Counted from the first letter of the stretch, positions 9,097 to 20,719 are shown. The stretch: DNA of 64,000 nucleotides from Chloroflexota bacterium (GCA_011523785.1 WTFW01000128.1:607-64606); one strand, 5' to 3'. Program-made: numbers and translations. The notes: generated from the letters alone by a model not told the origin.

Positions 9097-10029
9097 CTAA
9101 GCCTCCGCCGCCGCTGCCTGGCGGGCGTGGACCAGCGCGTCGCGCAGCGACTGGTCCATAGTGATTCGAGGTTGCCAGCCGGTGTCCGAGCGCAAGCGGG
9201 TGGCGTCGCCGGCAACGACGGCGCCGTGCCGTCCCGATGGTAGTTTGCGTTCCTCGTGGATCTCGGCGCGAATGCCGCCGATGGCAATCAAGCGTTCGAC
9301 GATCTGCCGTAGCGGCCAGGCACGTCCCGTCGCCACGTTGTAAACCGCGCCGGATCGTCCCCGCTCAGCCGCCGCCACGATGGCTTGCGCAACATCGCGC
9401 ACGTCCACGTAGTCGCGGGCTCCCGCCAAGCTGAAGGTCGGCACGACCGGCTCGGTCCGTCCGTCCAGAATGGCCGCCACGGCATGCACCTGGCGGCCCG
9501 GAAAGTAGTCGGTCGAACGTCCCGGTCCAACACTGCCGAACAATCGCAACCTCACCGCATCCAGTCCGTCCGACAGATGGTATTGCAGCGCCTGCAGATC
9601 CGCCGCCGCCTTGGTGGCCGCATACACCGATGCCGGCCGCAGCGGCGCATCCTCGCTGACCAACTCGCCAGTCTCGATCCGGCCGTAGATCTCGGCGCTG
9701 CTCATGGCTACCAGGCGAGCCTCGGGCGCATGCCGCAGCAGCGACTGGATCAGTCTCAGCTGCCCGAGCACATTCACGTCGTACGCCCGCGCGGGATCCG
9801 CCTGCGCCTCGCCGGGATTGGCAATGGCCGCCAGATGCACGACAACGGACGGCCGCACGCGAGCTATCGCGCCATCAACCTGCCCGGCATCGCGCAGATT
9901 CAGCGCCACAAGACTGTCGTCGCCGCCGAAGGAAGATCCCACGACGTCGCGACCGGCGTCTCGAAACGCCGCCACTGTGTACGAACCTATGAACCCGGAC
10001 GCTCCGGTAACGAGGACCGAACCCGTCAC
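9097..10029 (-). CDS. NAD-dependent epimerase/dehydratase; likely GDP-4-keto-6-deoxy-D-mannose reductase (Rmd-like) or GDP-fucose synthase
   Basis: VLVTGASGFIGSY Rossmann motif of an extended SDR. Lies immediately downstream of gmd in the same operon. Confidence 0.75.
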   Translation of the reverse strand: MTGSVLVTGASGFIGSYTVAAFRDAGRDVVGSSFGGDDSLVALNLRDAGQVDGAIARVRPSVVVHLAAIANPGEAQADPARAYDVNVLGQLRLIQSLLRHAPEARLVAMSSAEIYGRIETGELVSEDAPLRPASVYAATKAAADLQALQYHLSDGLDAVRLRLFGSVGPGRSTDYFPGRQVHAVAAILDGRTEPVVPTFSLAGARDYVDVRDVAQAIVAAAERGRSGAVYNVATGRAWPLRQIVERLIAIGGIRAEIHEERKLPSGRHGAVVAGDATRLRSDTGWQPRITMDQSLRDALVHARQAAAAEA

Positions 10030-10043
10030 CTTTCGCGCCAGAC

Positions 10044-11045
10044 TTAGCTCGCGCTGCGGCCGGCGGCTATTTCCGCGTGCGCGATCTCATTAGCCACGAG
10101 TTCCATGTCGGCGTCCACCATGATGCGGACCAACTCCTCAAAGGTGACCGACGGTTCCCAGCCCAGATCGTTGCGAATCGCCGAAGGATCCCCAATCAAG
10201 CGATGCACCTCGGCTGGCCGCAACAGGTCCTCGCTCATGGTGATGTGGTCCTGGGCGTTAAGGCCCAGGTGACCGAACGCCAGGTTGGCGAACTCGTGGC
10301 CGGTGTGCGTCTCGCCCGTTGCCAGCACGTAGTCGCGGGGCTCGTCCTGCTGGAGCATCAACCACATGCCGCGTACGAAGTCCGGCGCGTATCCCCAGTC
10401 TCGACGGGTGGACAGGTCGCCGAACGGGACGTTCTGCACCACTTCGTGGTACACCCGAGCCGCCGAATAACTGAGCTTGCGCGTGACGAATTCCAGGCCG
10501 CGCCGCGGCGACTCGTGGTTGAAGCAGATGCCGGAGCAGGCGAACATTCCATAGCTCTCTCGATAGTTGACCGTGATCCAGTGGGCATAGAGCTTGGCGA
10601 CTCCGTAGGGGCTGCGCGGATAGAACGGCGTGGTTTCGCTCTGCGGCCATTCCTGCACCTGGCCGAACATCTCGCTGCTTGACGCCTGGTAGAACTTGAT
10701 AGTGGGATCCACCGCACGGATCGCTTCCAGCACCCGGGTCGCACCCAACGCCGACACCTCGCCGGTGAGCACCGGCTGTCGCCACGACGCCGCGACAAAC
10801 GACTGCGCCGCCAGGTTGTACACCTCGTCCGGCCGGTGCCGCTGCATGATCTCGATCAATGAGTACTGATCGTGCAAGTCGCCCGGCTCCAGCACCAGGT
10901 CGTCCTGCAGGTGCTGGATCCGACCGTTGTTCTCGGTACTGGTGCGACGGACGACGCCGACGACCTTGTACCCCTTCTCCAGCAGGAACTCCGCCAGATA
11001 TGAGCCATCCTGGCCCGTAATGCCCGTAATCAACGCGCAGGGCAT
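10044..11045 (-). CDS. gmd: GDP-mannose 4,6-dehydratase
   Basis: LITGITGQDGSYLAEFLLEKGYKV signature of GMD. Start refined to the ATG at 11045 (MPCALITG), since the track ORF has a non-coding 92-aa extension. Confidence 0.9.
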   Translation of the reverse strand: MPCALITGITGQDGSYLAEFLLEKGYKVVGVVRRTSTENNGRIQHLQDDLVLEPGDLHDQYSLIEIMQRHRPDEVYNLAAQSFVAASWRQPVLTGEVSALGATRVLEAIRAVDPTIKFYQASSSEMFGQVQEWPQSETTPFYPRSPYGVAKLYAHWITVNYRESYGMFACSGICFNHESPRRGLEFVTRKLSYSAARVYHEVVQNVPFGDLSTRRDWGYAPDFVRGMWLMLQQDEPRDYVLATGETHTGHEFANLAFGHLGLNAQDHITMSEDLLRPAEVHRLIGDPSAIRNDLGWEPSVTFEELVRIMVDADMELVANEIAHAEIAAGRSAS

Positions 11046-11153
11046 GCACAACCCCTGTTCATGGAAACCCGCTCGCAGTGTACGCGCGGCGCTAGTACAA
11101 CAGCCGCTGGATGCTCCTCGTGACGCCGGGAGCCGGCTGATGAGATCGGATTC

Positions 11154-11939
11154 GTGACCTCGCGGGGCGCGTCCACCTGCTCGCTGGCGGAAGTCGCCGG
11201 GCCGGGCGACATCGTCGCCATCGTCGGCGCCGGCGGCAAGACCACCACCATGTTCGCCCTGGCCAACACGCTGGCGGCGCGCGGCCTGCGCGTGGTCACA
11301 ACCAAGTCCACCACCATCCACCGGCCCTCGATGGCCCGCGCGCCCCGGCTGCTCGTCTCACCGCCCGACCGCTGGCGTACCGAATTGCCGCCAGTGCTGG
11401 ACGTGCATCCCGTCGTCACCGTCGTCACCGCCGCCCCCACCCCGCGACGCTACGACGGCATCCCGCCGGAGCTGGCGCCTGACCTGCTGAGCGCTTCCGG
11501 CGCCGACGTCCTGATCGTGGAAGCCGACGGCGCCCGCCGACGCCTGCTCAAGGCGCCCGCGAGTCACGAACCCGCCATGCCCCCCAGCGCAACCTTGGTC
11601 ATCCCCGTCGCCTGCCTCGCCGCCATCGGCCGTCCCCTCGCCGAGCGCCACGTCCACCGGCCTGAACTCGTCGCGGAAATCCTGGGAATCGACCTTGGAA
11701 ACCCGCTAACCATCGACCACGTGCTCACCCTGCTCCTGGACCCGCGCGCCGGACGCAAAGCCGCGCCCCCCACCGCCCGCCTCTGGCCCGTCCTAACCGC
11801 CGTCGACAAGATCGAAACCGAACAACTCAACGCCCTTCGCGCCTCGTTCAACGCCCACCCCAATGTCACCGGCTGGATTGAGGCCGATGCCGACTGGACT
11901 TACGCCGCCCATCGCCTGGATGCCGCACCACGAGTTTGA
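11154..11939 (+). CDS. YqeC-family (putative selenium-dependent hydroxylase accessory) protein
   Basis: N-terminal IVAIVGAGGKTTTMFALANTLAARGLRVVTTKSTTI matches the YqeC/TIGR03172-like P-loop pattern. Confidence 0.55.
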   Translation: MTSRGASTCSLAEVAGPGDIVAIVGAGGKTTTMFALANTLAARGLRVVTTKSTTIHRPSMARAPRLLVSPPDRWRTELPPVLDVHPVVTVVTAAPTPRRYDGIPPELAPDLLSASGADVLIVEADGARRRLLKAPASHEPAMPPSATLVIPVACLAAIGRPLAERHVHRPELVAEILGIDLGNPLTIDHVLTLLLDPRAGRKAAPPTARLWPVLTAVDKIETEQLNALRASFNAHPNVTGWIEADADWTYAAHRLDAAPRV

Positions 11940-12052
11940 ACGGCGGCACAGGCTTACCGATAAGCCAGGGCAGACGCTTCGCCGGTTCCGCCAACGCCGG
12001 CCTAAGTGCGCCACAATGCACCCAACTCGCGTAGCCGGAGACCAACTCGCAG

Positions 12053-13165
12053 ATGACCACCGCAGCGCCGCCAATCGAAATCAACTTTGACCGTCTCCTC
12101 GACACCTTCGTCGCCCTCCTGTCCGTCGACAGCTATTACGGGGACGAAGAGCGGGTGGTGGCGGTGATCAAACCGCGGATGGAGGGGTTGGGGATTACGT
12201 GGCGGTCGGATCCGCACGGGAATCTGATTGGGGAGTGGCCGGCGCGGGGAAGGGACGGCGAGCCGATCATTCTGAACGCGCACATGGACACGGTGCGGCC
12301 GACGCCGGAGATGACGCCGGTGGTGAAGGACGACGGGGTGTATTCGGATGGATCCTCGGTCCTGGGCGCGGATGACAAGGCGGGTGTGGCCGCGATCATG
12401 GAAGCGGTGCAGGCGTACCACGAGTCGGGGGAGCCGCACGGGCCGGTGGAGCTGCTGTTTACGACCGGGGAAGACGTGGGGCACATCGGCTCGAAGGCGT
12501 TTGACGCCAATGACGTGGTTGGGCGCCGCTGTTATGTGCTGGACGCGGGCGGTCCGGTGGGCAACGTGGTGATGCGGGCGCCGGGGCAGCGGCGCTTCAA
12601 CTTCACGTTTCGCGGCAAGGCGGCGCACGCGGGGGTGGAGCCGGAGTTGGGGGTCAGCGCGATCGGCATGGCGGCGCGGGCGATCGATCGGATGCCGCTG
12701 GGGCGGGTGGACGAGATCACCACGGCCAACGTGGGGATCATCTCCGGCGGCGAGGCGTACAACATCGTGGCGCCGGAGGCCAAGGTCACGGTTGAAACCC
12801 GCAGCCTTTCCGAGGAACGGCTGGAACTGCAGGTGGCGGACATCGTGGGCGCGGCGGAGCAGGCGGCGTCGGACTTTGGCGGCGAGGTGGATATCGAGAC
12901 GCACACGTTCTACACGGCATACCAACTGGACGAAGGAAATCCGGCGGTGGACCTGGCGGACGCCGCGATTTCAGCCGCCGGGATTGAGCCGCAACACGTG
13001 AGCACGGGCGGCGGCAGCGACGCGCACGAGTTCAACGAGAAGGGCATTACCTCGGTTTGCCTGGGGATGGGGTACATCGACGTGCACTCGGTGCGGGAGT
13101 ACATGCCGCATGATCAGTTGCGGGCGATCACGCAGGTGACGACGGAGTTGATCCGGCTGGCCTGA
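12053..13165 (+). CDS. M20-family metallopeptidase, peptidase T-like
   Basis: HMDTV, GADDKAGVAAIMEAV and TTGEDVGHIGS motifs of the M20 family. Confidence 0.85.
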   Translation: MTTAAPPIEINFDRLLDTFVALLSVDSYYGDEERVVAVIKPRMEGLGITWRSDPHGNLIGEWPARGRDGEPIILNAHMDTVRPTPEMTPVVKDDGVYSDGSSVLGADDKAGVAAIMEAVQAYHESGEPHGPVELLFTTGEDVGHIGSKAFDANDVVGRRCYVLDAGGPVGNVVMRAPGQRRFNFTFRGKAAHAGVEPELGVSAIGMAARAIDRMPLGRVDEITTANVGIISGGEAYNIVAPEAKVTVETRSLSEERLELQVADIVGAAEQAASDFGGEVDIETHTFYTAYQLDEGNPAVDLADAAISAAGIEPQHVSTGGGSDAHEFNEKGITSVCLGMGYIDVHSVREYMPHDQLRAITQVTTELIRLA

Positions 13166-13200
13166 CGCCCACCAGGTCGGACTATCGAAGCGGAAGCGCG

Positions 13201-14769
13201 CTAGGCCGGATCGCCTGTGCCGTTCTCCAGGAGGGCGTACTCGTAGCTGTCCTTGAGGGCCAGCCAGGAGGCTTCGATGATGTTGGTGGAGCTGCCGACG
13301 GTGCCCCATTCGCGCGAGCCGTCGGTGGACTGGATGAGCACGCGCACGCTGGCGTCGGTGGCCGAGGCCGAGTCGAGGATGCGGACTTTGTAGTCGACCA
13401 GATGCACTTCCTGGAGGGCCGGAAAGAAGCGTTCCAGCGCCTTGCGGGCGGCGTGGTCCAGCGCGCTAACGGGGCCATTGCCTTCGGCGGCGGTGTGGAA
13501 CATTTCCTCGCCGACGCGGATCTTGACCATGGCTTCGGAGAGCATCTCGCGGCCGCCGCGGGTTTCGGCCAGCACCAGGAAGTCCACGAACTCGAACGGC
13601 GAGTGGTAATCGGCGCGCAGGCGGCGCAGCAGTAGCTCGAAGGAGGCCTCGGCGCCCTCGAACTGGTAGCCGCGTTCTTCGAGGTCCTTGACCTTGGCCA
13701 GCGCCTCGCTCACGCCGGCGTCGTCGGTGCTCAGACCCAGGCCGCGCGCCCGTTCGGCGATGTTGCTGCGGCCGGCCAGTTCCGAGATCAAGATGCGGCG
13801 CTCGTTGCCGACGGTGGCCGGGTCGATGTGCTGGTAGGCCTGGGCGTGCTTGCGCATGCCGCTGCCGTGGTAGCCGGCCTTATGGGCGAAGGCGCTGAGG
13901 CCGACGTACGGCATGAAAGCACTGGGCGGGGTGTTGGCCAGTTCGCCCACGTAGCGGGATAGCTCGGTCGTCTGGCGCAGTTGCTCGGGCGTCACGCACT
14001 GGTGGCCGAGCTTGAGTTGCAGGGTGGGAATGAGGGTCGTGAGGTTGGCGTTGCCGCAGCGCTCGCCGAACCCGTTGACCGTGCCCTGAATCTGGCTCGC
14101 GCCCGCCGCTACGCCGGCCAGCGTGTTGGCCGCAGCCAGATCGGCGTCGTTGTGCATGTGGACGCCGACCGGGACCGTCGTCCAAGCGCGCGCTGCTCGC
14201 GTCGCCTCGGTGACCTCGGCCGGCAAGGCTCCGCCGTTGGTGTCGCAGCAAATGATCCAGTCGGCACCCGCCTCGGCAGCGGCCTCGACGCAGGCGTGCG
14301 AGTAGATCGGATCCTGTTTGAAACCGTCGTAAAAGTGCTCGGCGTCGACGATGACCTCGCGTCCGGCGGCTTTCAGGTGCGCGACCGTGTCGCGAATCAT
14401 CGCCAGGTTCTCGTCGGTACTGGTTTCCAGCACCGTCTCGACCTGGAAGCGCGAGAACTTGGCCACGATGGTTACGGCGGGCGTCTCGCAAGCCAGGAGC
14501 GCCGCCACGGTGGGATCGTCGGCCACGTCGCGGTCCTTGTAGCGCGTGGCGCCGAAGGCGGTGATGCGGGCCTGCCGCCAGGGGATTTCGGCGGCGCGGC
14601 GGAAGAAGTCGCGGTCCTTGGGGTTGGATCCGGGAAAACCGCCCTCGATGTAGTGGACCCCGTAGGCATCCAGCCGCTGGGCGATGCGCAGCTTGTCCTC
14701 GGTCGAGAACGAGATGCCTTCCGTCTGCGCGCCGTCGCGCAGGGTCGTGTCGTAGAGCGAGAGTTGCAT
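13201..14769 (-). CDS. cimA: (R)-citramalate synthase
   Basis: MQLSLYDTTLRDGAQTEG...GFPGSNPKDRDFF at the N-terminus and a size of 522 aa are typical of CimA rather than LeuA. Last gene of the ilv-leu operon. Confidence 0.8.
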   Translation of the reverse strand: MQLSLYDTTLRDGAQTEGISFSTEDKLRIAQRLDAYGVHYIEGGFPGSNPKDRDFFRRAAEIPWRQARITAFGATRYKDRDVADDPTVAALLACETPAVTIVAKFSRFQVETVLETSTDENLAMIRDTVAHLKAAGREVIVDAEHFYDGFKQDPIYSHACVEAAAEAGADWIICCDTNGGALPAEVTEATRAARAWTTVPVGVHMHNDADLAAANTLAGVAAGASQIQGTVNGFGERCGNANLTTLIPTLQLKLGHQCVTPEQLRQTTELSRYVGELANTPPSAFMPYVGLSAFAHKAGYHGSGMRKHAQAYQHIDPATVGNERRILISELAGRSNIAERARGLGLSTDDAGVSEALAKVKDLEERGYQFEGAEASFELLLRRLRADYHSPFEFVDFLVLAETRGGREMLSEAMVKIRVGEEMFHTAAEGNGPVSALDHAARKALERFFPALQEVHLVDYKVRILDSASATDASVRVLIQSTDGSREWGTVGSSTNIIEASWLALKDSYEYALLENGTGDPA

Positions 14770-14854
14770 GGAGATCGGTCAAGCCTCGGCGGGAACTGGT
14801 TCGGTTACGCGCGGGTCGGCTCGCCGGCCTCCCGCAAGACGATGAAGACGCCTG

Positions 14855-15946
14855 TCAGCCGGCGGCGGGGCCCTCGATGCGGGCAATGACCGCCGCGGTC
14901 ATGGACTGAGTGTCCACGAGGCGCGCACCCTCCTCGCCGATATCGGGCGTTCGGAACCCGTCGTTGAGTGTGTGTTCGACGGCCGACTCGATTGCCGCGG
15001 CCGCCTGTGGCTGGTCAAACGTGTGGCGAAACAGCATCGCCACGCTGAGGATTGTACCCAACGGGTTGGCAATGCCCTGGCCCGCGATATCCGGCGCGCT
15101 GCCGTGCACCGGTTCATATAGCGCGCGCCCCTCGTCGCCCAAACTGGCCGAGGGCAGCATGCCCAGCGAGCCGGTGAAGACGCCGGCCTCATCGCTGAGC
15201 AGATCTCCGAAGGTGTTTTCGGTCACGATGACGTCGTATTCGGTCGGCTGGCGAACCAGGGCTGCGGCGAAGGCGTCGGCCAGCATGGTGTCGTATTCGA
15301 TGTCGGGGTGTTGCGCCGCAATGTCGTTCGCAATGTCGCGCCAGAAGCGTCCGGTGACCAACACGTTGAACTTGTCCACCGACAGCACCTTGCGCCGGCG
15401 ACCTGCGGCCCACTCGAAGGCGCGCTCGACGATCCGGCGGATCTCGCTCTCTTTGTAGGCCAGGGTGTCCACGGCGCCGCGCTCGCCGCCGATGAAGCGC
15501 ATCTCCTTGGGCTGGCCAAAGTACAGGCCGCCCGTCAGCTCCCGCACGATCACCATGTCAGTTCCGCGCACCACCTCGGGACGGAGCGGCGACCGATCGA
15601 CCAGGGCGTCGTAGACGCGCACCGGGCGAACGTTGGCGTAGAGTTCCAGACCCTTACGCAGTCGCAGCACGCCTTCCTCCGGGGTGAACTCGGCATGCGG
15701 GTCCTCCCACTTCGGACCGCCGACGGCAGCGAGCAATACGGCGTCCGCGTCGAGCGCGTCCTGAAACACCTCGTCGGTGCAGGGCTCGCCGAAGCGGTCG
15801 ATGCTGTTGCCGCCGAGCGGGCGCTCCAACTGCGTGACACCAACACCGAAGCGTGAGGCGGTGTGGTCCAGCACCTCGGCGCCGGCCGCCATCACCTCCG
15901 GCCCGATACCGTCGCCGGGAGTGACGACGATGCGCCAGTCCTTCAC
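14855..15946 (-). CDS. leuB: 3-isopropylmalate dehydrogenase
   Basis: VVTPGDGIGPEV motif. Start set at the GTG that overlaps the leuD stop (GTGA); the track ORF has a 30-aa non-coding extension. Confidence 0.9.
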   Translation of the reverse strand: MKDWRIVVTPGDGIGPEVMAAGAEVLDHTASRFGVGVTQLERPLGGNSIDRFGEPCTDEVFQDALDADAVLLAAVGGPKWEDPHAEFTPEEGVLRLRKGLELYANVRPVRVYDALVDRSPLRPEVVRGTDMVIVRELTGGLYFGQPKEMRFIGGERGAVDTLAYKESEIRRIVERAFEWAAGRRRKVLSVDKFNVLVTGRFWRDIANDIAAQHPDIEYDTMLADAFAAALVRQPTEYDVIVTENTFGDLLSDEAGVFTGSLGMLPSASLGDEGRALYEPVHGSAPDIAGQGIANPLGTILSVAMLFRHTFDQPQAAAAIESAVEHTLNDGFRTPDIGEEGARLVDTQSMTAAVIARIEGPAAG

Positions 15947-16551
15947 CGAGCGGACCAGCCGGCGATGTAGGGCAGCCGGTCGTGGACGGCGCCGATCGCT
16001 TCGTCGGATTCGAGCAGCGACGAGAGCGCGTCCCACTCCCCGCTGACAAAGGCCTCCCGGACCGAAGCCGGCAGCTCGGCCTGGTAGGTGGCCTGCCCGG
16101 CCGTGATCGCTCCGCTGCCAACGTCGATCTGAAGCGCCGTCTCGGGCGCTTCCTCGATCAGGCTCTGGAGCGACTCGATCTGGGTGGCGGGCAGGGTCAG
16201 GCAGGGAATGCCGATGGTGGTGCAGTTGCCGAAGAAGATCTCGGCAAAGCTCTCGCCGACGATGGCCTTGATACCCCGGCGCATGAGGGCCTGCGGGGCG
16301 TGTTCGCGGCTGGAGCCGGAGCCGAAGTTGCGATTGACCACCAGGACGCTGGCGCCGGTAAAGCGAGCATCGTCGAACGGGTGCTTGCCGTTGAGCTGCT
16401 TGCGGTCGTCCTCGAACGCATGTGGTCCCAGCGTCTCGAAGGTGATTTCGCGCAGATAGCGGGCGGGAATGATCCGGTCGGTGTCGATATCGTTGCCGCG
16501 TACCGGAACGCCGGTTCCGGCGACGTGAGTGATGCGTCCGTCGTCAGACAT
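15943..16551 (-). CDS. leuD: 3-isopropylmalate dehydratase small subunit
   Basis: GNDIDTDRIIPARYL motif, 202 aa. Confidence 0.9.
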   Translation of the reverse strand: MSDDGRITHVAGTGVPVRGNDIDTDRIIPARYLREITFETLGPHAFEDDRKQLNGKHPFDDARFTGASVLVVNRNFGSGSSREHAPQALMRRGIKAIVGESFAEIFFGNCTTIGIPCLTLPATQIESLQSLIEEAPETALQIDVGSGAITAGQATYQAELPASVREAFVSGEWDALSSLLESDEAIGAVHDRLPYIAGWSAR

Positions 16552-16562
16552 CGTCCGCCCCC

Positions 16563-17969
16563 TTAGCCCGCGGCCAGCGCGCGCACGTCGGTCACCTCGC
16601 CGGCGACCGCGGCGGCGGCGACCATGGCCGGGCTCATCAGGAGGGTTCGGCCCAGCGGGCTGCCCTGGCGGCCCTTGAAGTTACGGTTGCTGGAAGACGC
16701 GCAGACCTGGTCGTTCACCAGCTTGTCGGGGTTCATGGCCAGGCACATGGAACAGCCGGCGTCACGCCACTCGAAGCCGGCGGCGCGGAAGATGTCGTCC
16801 AGACCTTCGGCCTCGGCCTCGGTCTTTACCTGCTGTGAGCCCGGCACCACCAGCGCCTTCACGTGGGCGGGCACGCGTCCGCCCTCGGCCACGCGCGCGG
16901 CTTCGCGCAGGTCGGAGATGCGGCTGTTGGTGCAGGAGCCAACGAAGGCCACGTCGATCGGCGTGCCGGCAATCGGCGCGCCCGGCGTGAGCTTCATGTG
17001 ATCCAGCGCATCCTGGATCGAGCGGCGTTCGAGACCCTCCACTTCGTCGGGCGAGGGGATGAGATCGTCAACGCCCAGGACCTGGCCCGGGTTGACGCCC
17101 CAGGTGACCATCGGCGCGATCGACTCGCCCGCAATGTCGACGTGATCGTCGTAAGCAGCATCCGAGTCGGAGGCCACGCTGCTCCACCACTGGCGGGCGC
17201 TGTCGAATTCCTCGCCCTTCGGGGCGTATTCACGGCCTTGCAGGTAGGCGTAGGCGGTCTCGTCGGGGTTGACGTAGCCGACGCGCGCGCCGCCCTCGAT
17301 GGACATGTTGCAGACGGTCATGCGCTCGTCCATGGACATGGCGTCGAAGACGTCGCCGGCGTACTCGTAGGCATAGCCGACGCCACCCTGCACGCCCAGG
17401 CGGCCGATGATGGCCAGGATCACGTCCTTGGCGAACACGCCATCCGCAAGCTGCCCGTCAACGGTGATGCGCCGACATTGCGGCTTGGCCACCGAGATGG
17501 TCTGCGTGGCCAGCACGTCGCGCACCTGCGAGGTGCCGATACCGAAGGCAATGGCCCCAAAGGCGCCGTGCGTACTCGTATGACTATCGCCGCAGGCGAT
17601 GGTCATGCCGGGTTGGGTCAGACCAAGCTCGGGCCCGATCACGTGCACGATGCCCTGGCGGCCGGTGGAGCGGTCGAAGAACGGGATTCCGGTCTGTTCG
17701 ATGTTCTGCTCAATCGCCACGAACATCTGCTCGGCCATCCCATCCACGTAGGGCCGGGTGGACCCGTCGGTGGGGATGATGTGGTCGACGGTGGCGAAGG
17801 TGCGGTCGGGGTAGCGCACCGACAGCCCGCGCTCCGCCAGCATCTGGAATGCCTGGGGACTGGTGACTTCGTGCACCAGGTGCAGACCAATGAATAGCTG
17901 GGTCTGCCCGTTCGGCAACTCGCGCACCGTGTGGGCGTCCCAGACCTTGTCGAGCAGCGTGTGGCCCAT
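16563..17969 (-). CDS. leuC: 3-isopropylmalate dehydratase large subunit
   Basis: Aconitase-family domain, 468 aa, directly upstream of leuD. Confidence 0.9.
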   Translation of the reverse strand: MGHTLLDKVWDAHTVRELPNGQTQLFIGLHLVHEVTSPQAFQMLAERGLSVRYPDRTFATVDHIIPTDGSTRPYVDGMAEQMFVAIEQNIEQTGIPFFDRSTGRQGIVHVIGPELGLTQPGMTIACGDSHTSTHGAFGAIAFGIGTSQVRDVLATQTISVAKPQCRRITVDGQLADGVFAKDVILAIIGRLGVQGGVGYAYEYAGDVFDAMSMDERMTVCNMSIEGGARVGYVNPDETAYAYLQGREYAPKGEEFDSARQWWSSVASDSDAAYDDHVDIAGESIAPMVTWGVNPGQVLGVDDLIPSPDEVEGLERRSIQDALDHMKLTPGAPIAGTPIDVAFVGSCTNSRISDLREAARVAEGGRVPAHVKALVVPGSQQVKTEAEAEGLDDIFRAAGFEWRDAGCSMCLAMNPDKLVNDQVCASSSNRNFKGRQGSPLGRTLLMSPAMVAAAAVAGEVTDVRALAAG

Positions 17970-17977
17970 GTCGCCTC

Positions 17978-19555
17978 CTAGATTCCGGGTACGCCCGAAG
18001 CGTCGGCCAGCAGGGTGGCCTCAGGGGTAGTCGACCAGCCCTTGCCGAGCCCGGCCATGAGGCGGTTCAGCGCGTTGACGTAGGCCTGGGCGCTGGCGAC
18101 CAGGATGTCGGTGTCGGCGCCGTGGCCGCTGAAGGTCTTGCCGTTGCTCTCGATGCGGATGGTCACCTCGCCGATGGCGTCGATGCCCTCGGTTACGGAA
18201 TTGATCGAGAACTCGGTGAGCTGGTTCGGCACCTTCACCAGGCGGTTGATCGCCTGATAGATCGCATCCACGGGACCAGTACCGATACCGGCGTCGACGT
18301 GCTCTTCCCCGTCATCCGACCGCAACCGCACCGTCGCGGTCGGCATGGCGCCGGTGCCGGTGCTGACCTGCACGTGCAATAGCTCGAACGTCTGGTGAAA
18401 CGCACGGCGCTGTTCGTTCTGCACGATGGCTTCGAGATCACGGTCCGTGATCGTCTTCTTGCGGTCGGCAATCTCCTTGAAGGCCTGAAAGGCGGCCTGG
18501 AACTCATCGTCGGCCAGCCTGTATCCCATCCGCTTCAGGCGGTCGCGGAACGCGTGGCGGCCCGAGGTCTTGCCCAGGACGATGCTGCTCTCGTCCAGCC
18601 CGACATCAGACGGGTCCATGATTTCGTAGGTCGTGCGCTCCTTCAGCATCCCGTCCTGGTGTAGTCCGGACGCGTGGGCGAAGGCGTTGGCGCCGATGAC
18701 GGCCTTGTTGGGCGGCACCACCATCCCCATGTAGTTGGACACCAGGCGGCTGCTGCGCGCCAGTTCGGTGCTGACCAGGCGGGTGTCGGCCTCGAAGTAG
18801 TCGCCGCGCGTACGCAGCGCCATCACGATCTCTTCCAGCGAGGCATTGCCGGCGCGCTCGCCCACACCGTTGATCGTGCACTCAACCTGCGCCGCGCCCT
18901 CTTTGACGGCCGCCAGCGAGTTGGCCACCGCTTGGCCCAGGTCGTCGTGGCAATGGACCGACAGGACCACGTCCTCGATGCCGCGCGTCTGGTCCATGAC
19001 GTACCTGACCATTTCCGCGAACTCGGCCGGTTGCGCGTAGCCGACCGTGTCGGGGAAGTTCACGACCGTCGCGCCGGATTCGATGGCGACGGTAAAGACT
19101 TCGCTGACGAAGTCGAGGTCGGACCGGGTGGCGTCCATGGCCGAAAACTCGATGTGGTCGGTCAGGGTGCGCGCGTGGCCCACAGAGTCGCGCGTCAGGT
19201 CCAGCACGACCTCGCGACGCTCATGCAACTGGTGTTGCAGGTGAATGTCGCTGGTGGAGATGACGATGTGCAGCAGGGGTCGCGCGGCGGCCTTCAGCGC
19301 GTCCCAGGTCGTGTCGATCTGTTCGCGCTTGAAACCGCTCAGCCCGGCGACTTCGACGTTGCGCAGCTCGCGAGCCAGCAGGTCCACGGCCCTGAAGTCG
19401 CCGGGCGAGGTGAACGGAAACCCGGCCTCGATGACGTCAACATTCAAGCGGGCCAGTTGACGCCCGATTTCCAGCTTCTCGTCGATGGTCAGCGCGCCGC
19501 CGGCAGCTTGCTCGCCGTCGCGCAGGGTGGTGTCGAAGATGCGGACGTTCCGCAT
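17978..19555 (-). CDS. leuA: 2-isopropylmalate synthase
   Basis: [14 protein letters not shown]...[11 protein letters not shown], 525 aa. Confidence 0.9.
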   Translation of the reverse strand: MRNVRIFDTTLRDGEQAAGGALTIDEKLEIGRQLARLNVDVIEAGFPFTSPGDFRAVDLLARELRNVEVAGLSGFKREQIDTTWDALKAAARPLLHIVISTSDIHLQHQLHERREVVLDLTRDSVGHARTLTDHIEFSAMDATRSDLDFVSEVFTVAIESGATVVNFPDTVGYAQPAEFAEMVRYVMDQTRGIEDVVLSVHCHDDLGQAVANSLAAVKEGAAQVECTINGVGERAGNASLEEIVMALRTRGDYFEADTRLVSTELARSSRLVSNYMGMVVPPNKAVIGANAFAHASGLHQDGMLKERTTYEIMDPSDVGLDESSIVLGKTSGRHAFRDRLKRMGYRLADDEFQAAFQAFKEIADRKKTITDRDLEAIVQNEQRRAFHQTFELLHVQVSTGTGAMPTATVRLRSDDGEEHVDAGIGTGPVDAIYQAINRLVKVPNQLTEFSINSVTEGIDAIGEVTIRIESNGKTFSGHGADTDILVASAQAYVNALNRLMAGLGKGWSTTPEATLLADASGVPGI

Positions 19556-19702
19556 GGTGACAGCTTCCTCAGCTAGGTCGTGGGCGGCCGCGAAGGCGGC
19601 CGCGGGGTATCCCGGGACTCCCCTCCGCTAGTGGGAGGGGCCGGGAAGCGCGAGCCGGAAAGTCACCAGGAGCGTTCGCATCGGTCGTGCGTCACCTGCG
19701 GT

Positions 19703-20719
19703 TCATTCGCGCGTCTTGGGGAGCCAGTCCATCATGCTGCGGAGTTCGCGACCCACCACCTCAACCGGGTGTTCGAGGTCGCGGTTCCGAAGCGCATTAT
19801 ACGCGGGGCGCCCGGCCTGGTTCTCGAGAATCCAGCGGCGCGCGAACTCGCCGTTCTGCACGTCTTCGAGGATGCCCTGCATGGCTTTCCGCGAGTTGTC
19901 GTCGACCACGCGCGGACCCGAGACGAGGTCGCCGAACTCGGCCGTGTCGCTGATGGAGTAGCGCATGTAGCTGATGCCGCCCTGGTAGATCAGGTCCACG
20001 ATCAGTTTGAGCTCGTGCAGGCACTCGAAGTAGGCGAGGCGCGGGTCGTAGCCGGCGTCCACCAGGGTCTCGAAGGCAGCCTTGATCAGGGCGGTGGTGC
20101 CGCCGCAGAGGACGGCCTGCTCGCCGAACAGGTCGGTTTCGGTCTCGTCCTTGAAGGTGGTCTCGATCAGGCCGGCCTTGGCGCAGCCGATGCCCTTGGC
20201 GTAGGACAGCGCTACGTCACGTGCGCGGCCGGTGGCGTCCTGGTGGACCGCGATCAGACCCGGAACGCCCACGCCCTCGACAAAGAGGTCGCGCAGGACG
20301 TGTCCCGGTCCCTTGGGCGCCACCATCGCGACGTCCACCTCGGCCGCCGGATTGATCTGGCCGTAGTGGATGTTGAAGCCGTGCGCGAAGAGAATCATGT
20401 GACCGGGCCGCAGGACCGGCGCGATCTGCTCCTCGTAGACCTGCGGCTGATCCTGGTCCGGCAGGGCCAGCATGACGGCTTCGGAAGCGTCCACGGCCTC
20501 GGCGACGTCGAGGACCAGCAGGTCCTCCGACTCGGCGCGGGCGCGCGAGGGGCTGCCCGGGCGCAGGCCGACGACCACGTCGGCGTCGGAGTCGCGCAGG
20601 TTCAGCGCATGGGCGTGCCCCTGGCTGCCGTAGCCCAAAACCGCGACCCGCTTGCCCTGCAACTCGTCGGCCGTGATGTCGGCCTCGTAGAGAACCTTGC
20701 TATCCACGCGCACGTCCAT
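19703..20719 (-). CDS. ilvC: Ketol-acid reductoisomerase
   Basis: [23 protein letters not shown] motif. Confidence 0.9.
   Translation of the reverse strand: MDVRVDSKVLYEADITADELQGKRVAVLGYGSQGHAHALNLRDSDADVVVGLRPGSPSRARAESEDLLVLDVAEAVDASEAVMLALPDQDQPQVYEEQIAPVLRPGHMILFAHGFNIHYGQINPAAEVDVAMVAPKGPGHVLRDLFVEGVGVPGLIAVHQDATGRARDVALSYAKGIGCAKAGLIETTFKDETETDLFGEQAVLCGGTTALIKAAFETLVDAGYDPRLAYFECLHELKLIVDLIYQGGISYMRYSISDTAEFGDLVSGPRVVDDNSRKAMQGILEDVQNGEFARRWILENQAGRPAYNALRNRDLEHPVEVVGRELRSMMDWLPKTRE

Noticed and set aside
14855-16036. leuB starting at the track ORF start (16036), overlapping leuD by 93 nt.
   Set aside because: A GTG at 15946 overlapping the leuD stop (GTGA) gives the canonical N-terminus just before VVTPGDGIGPEV.
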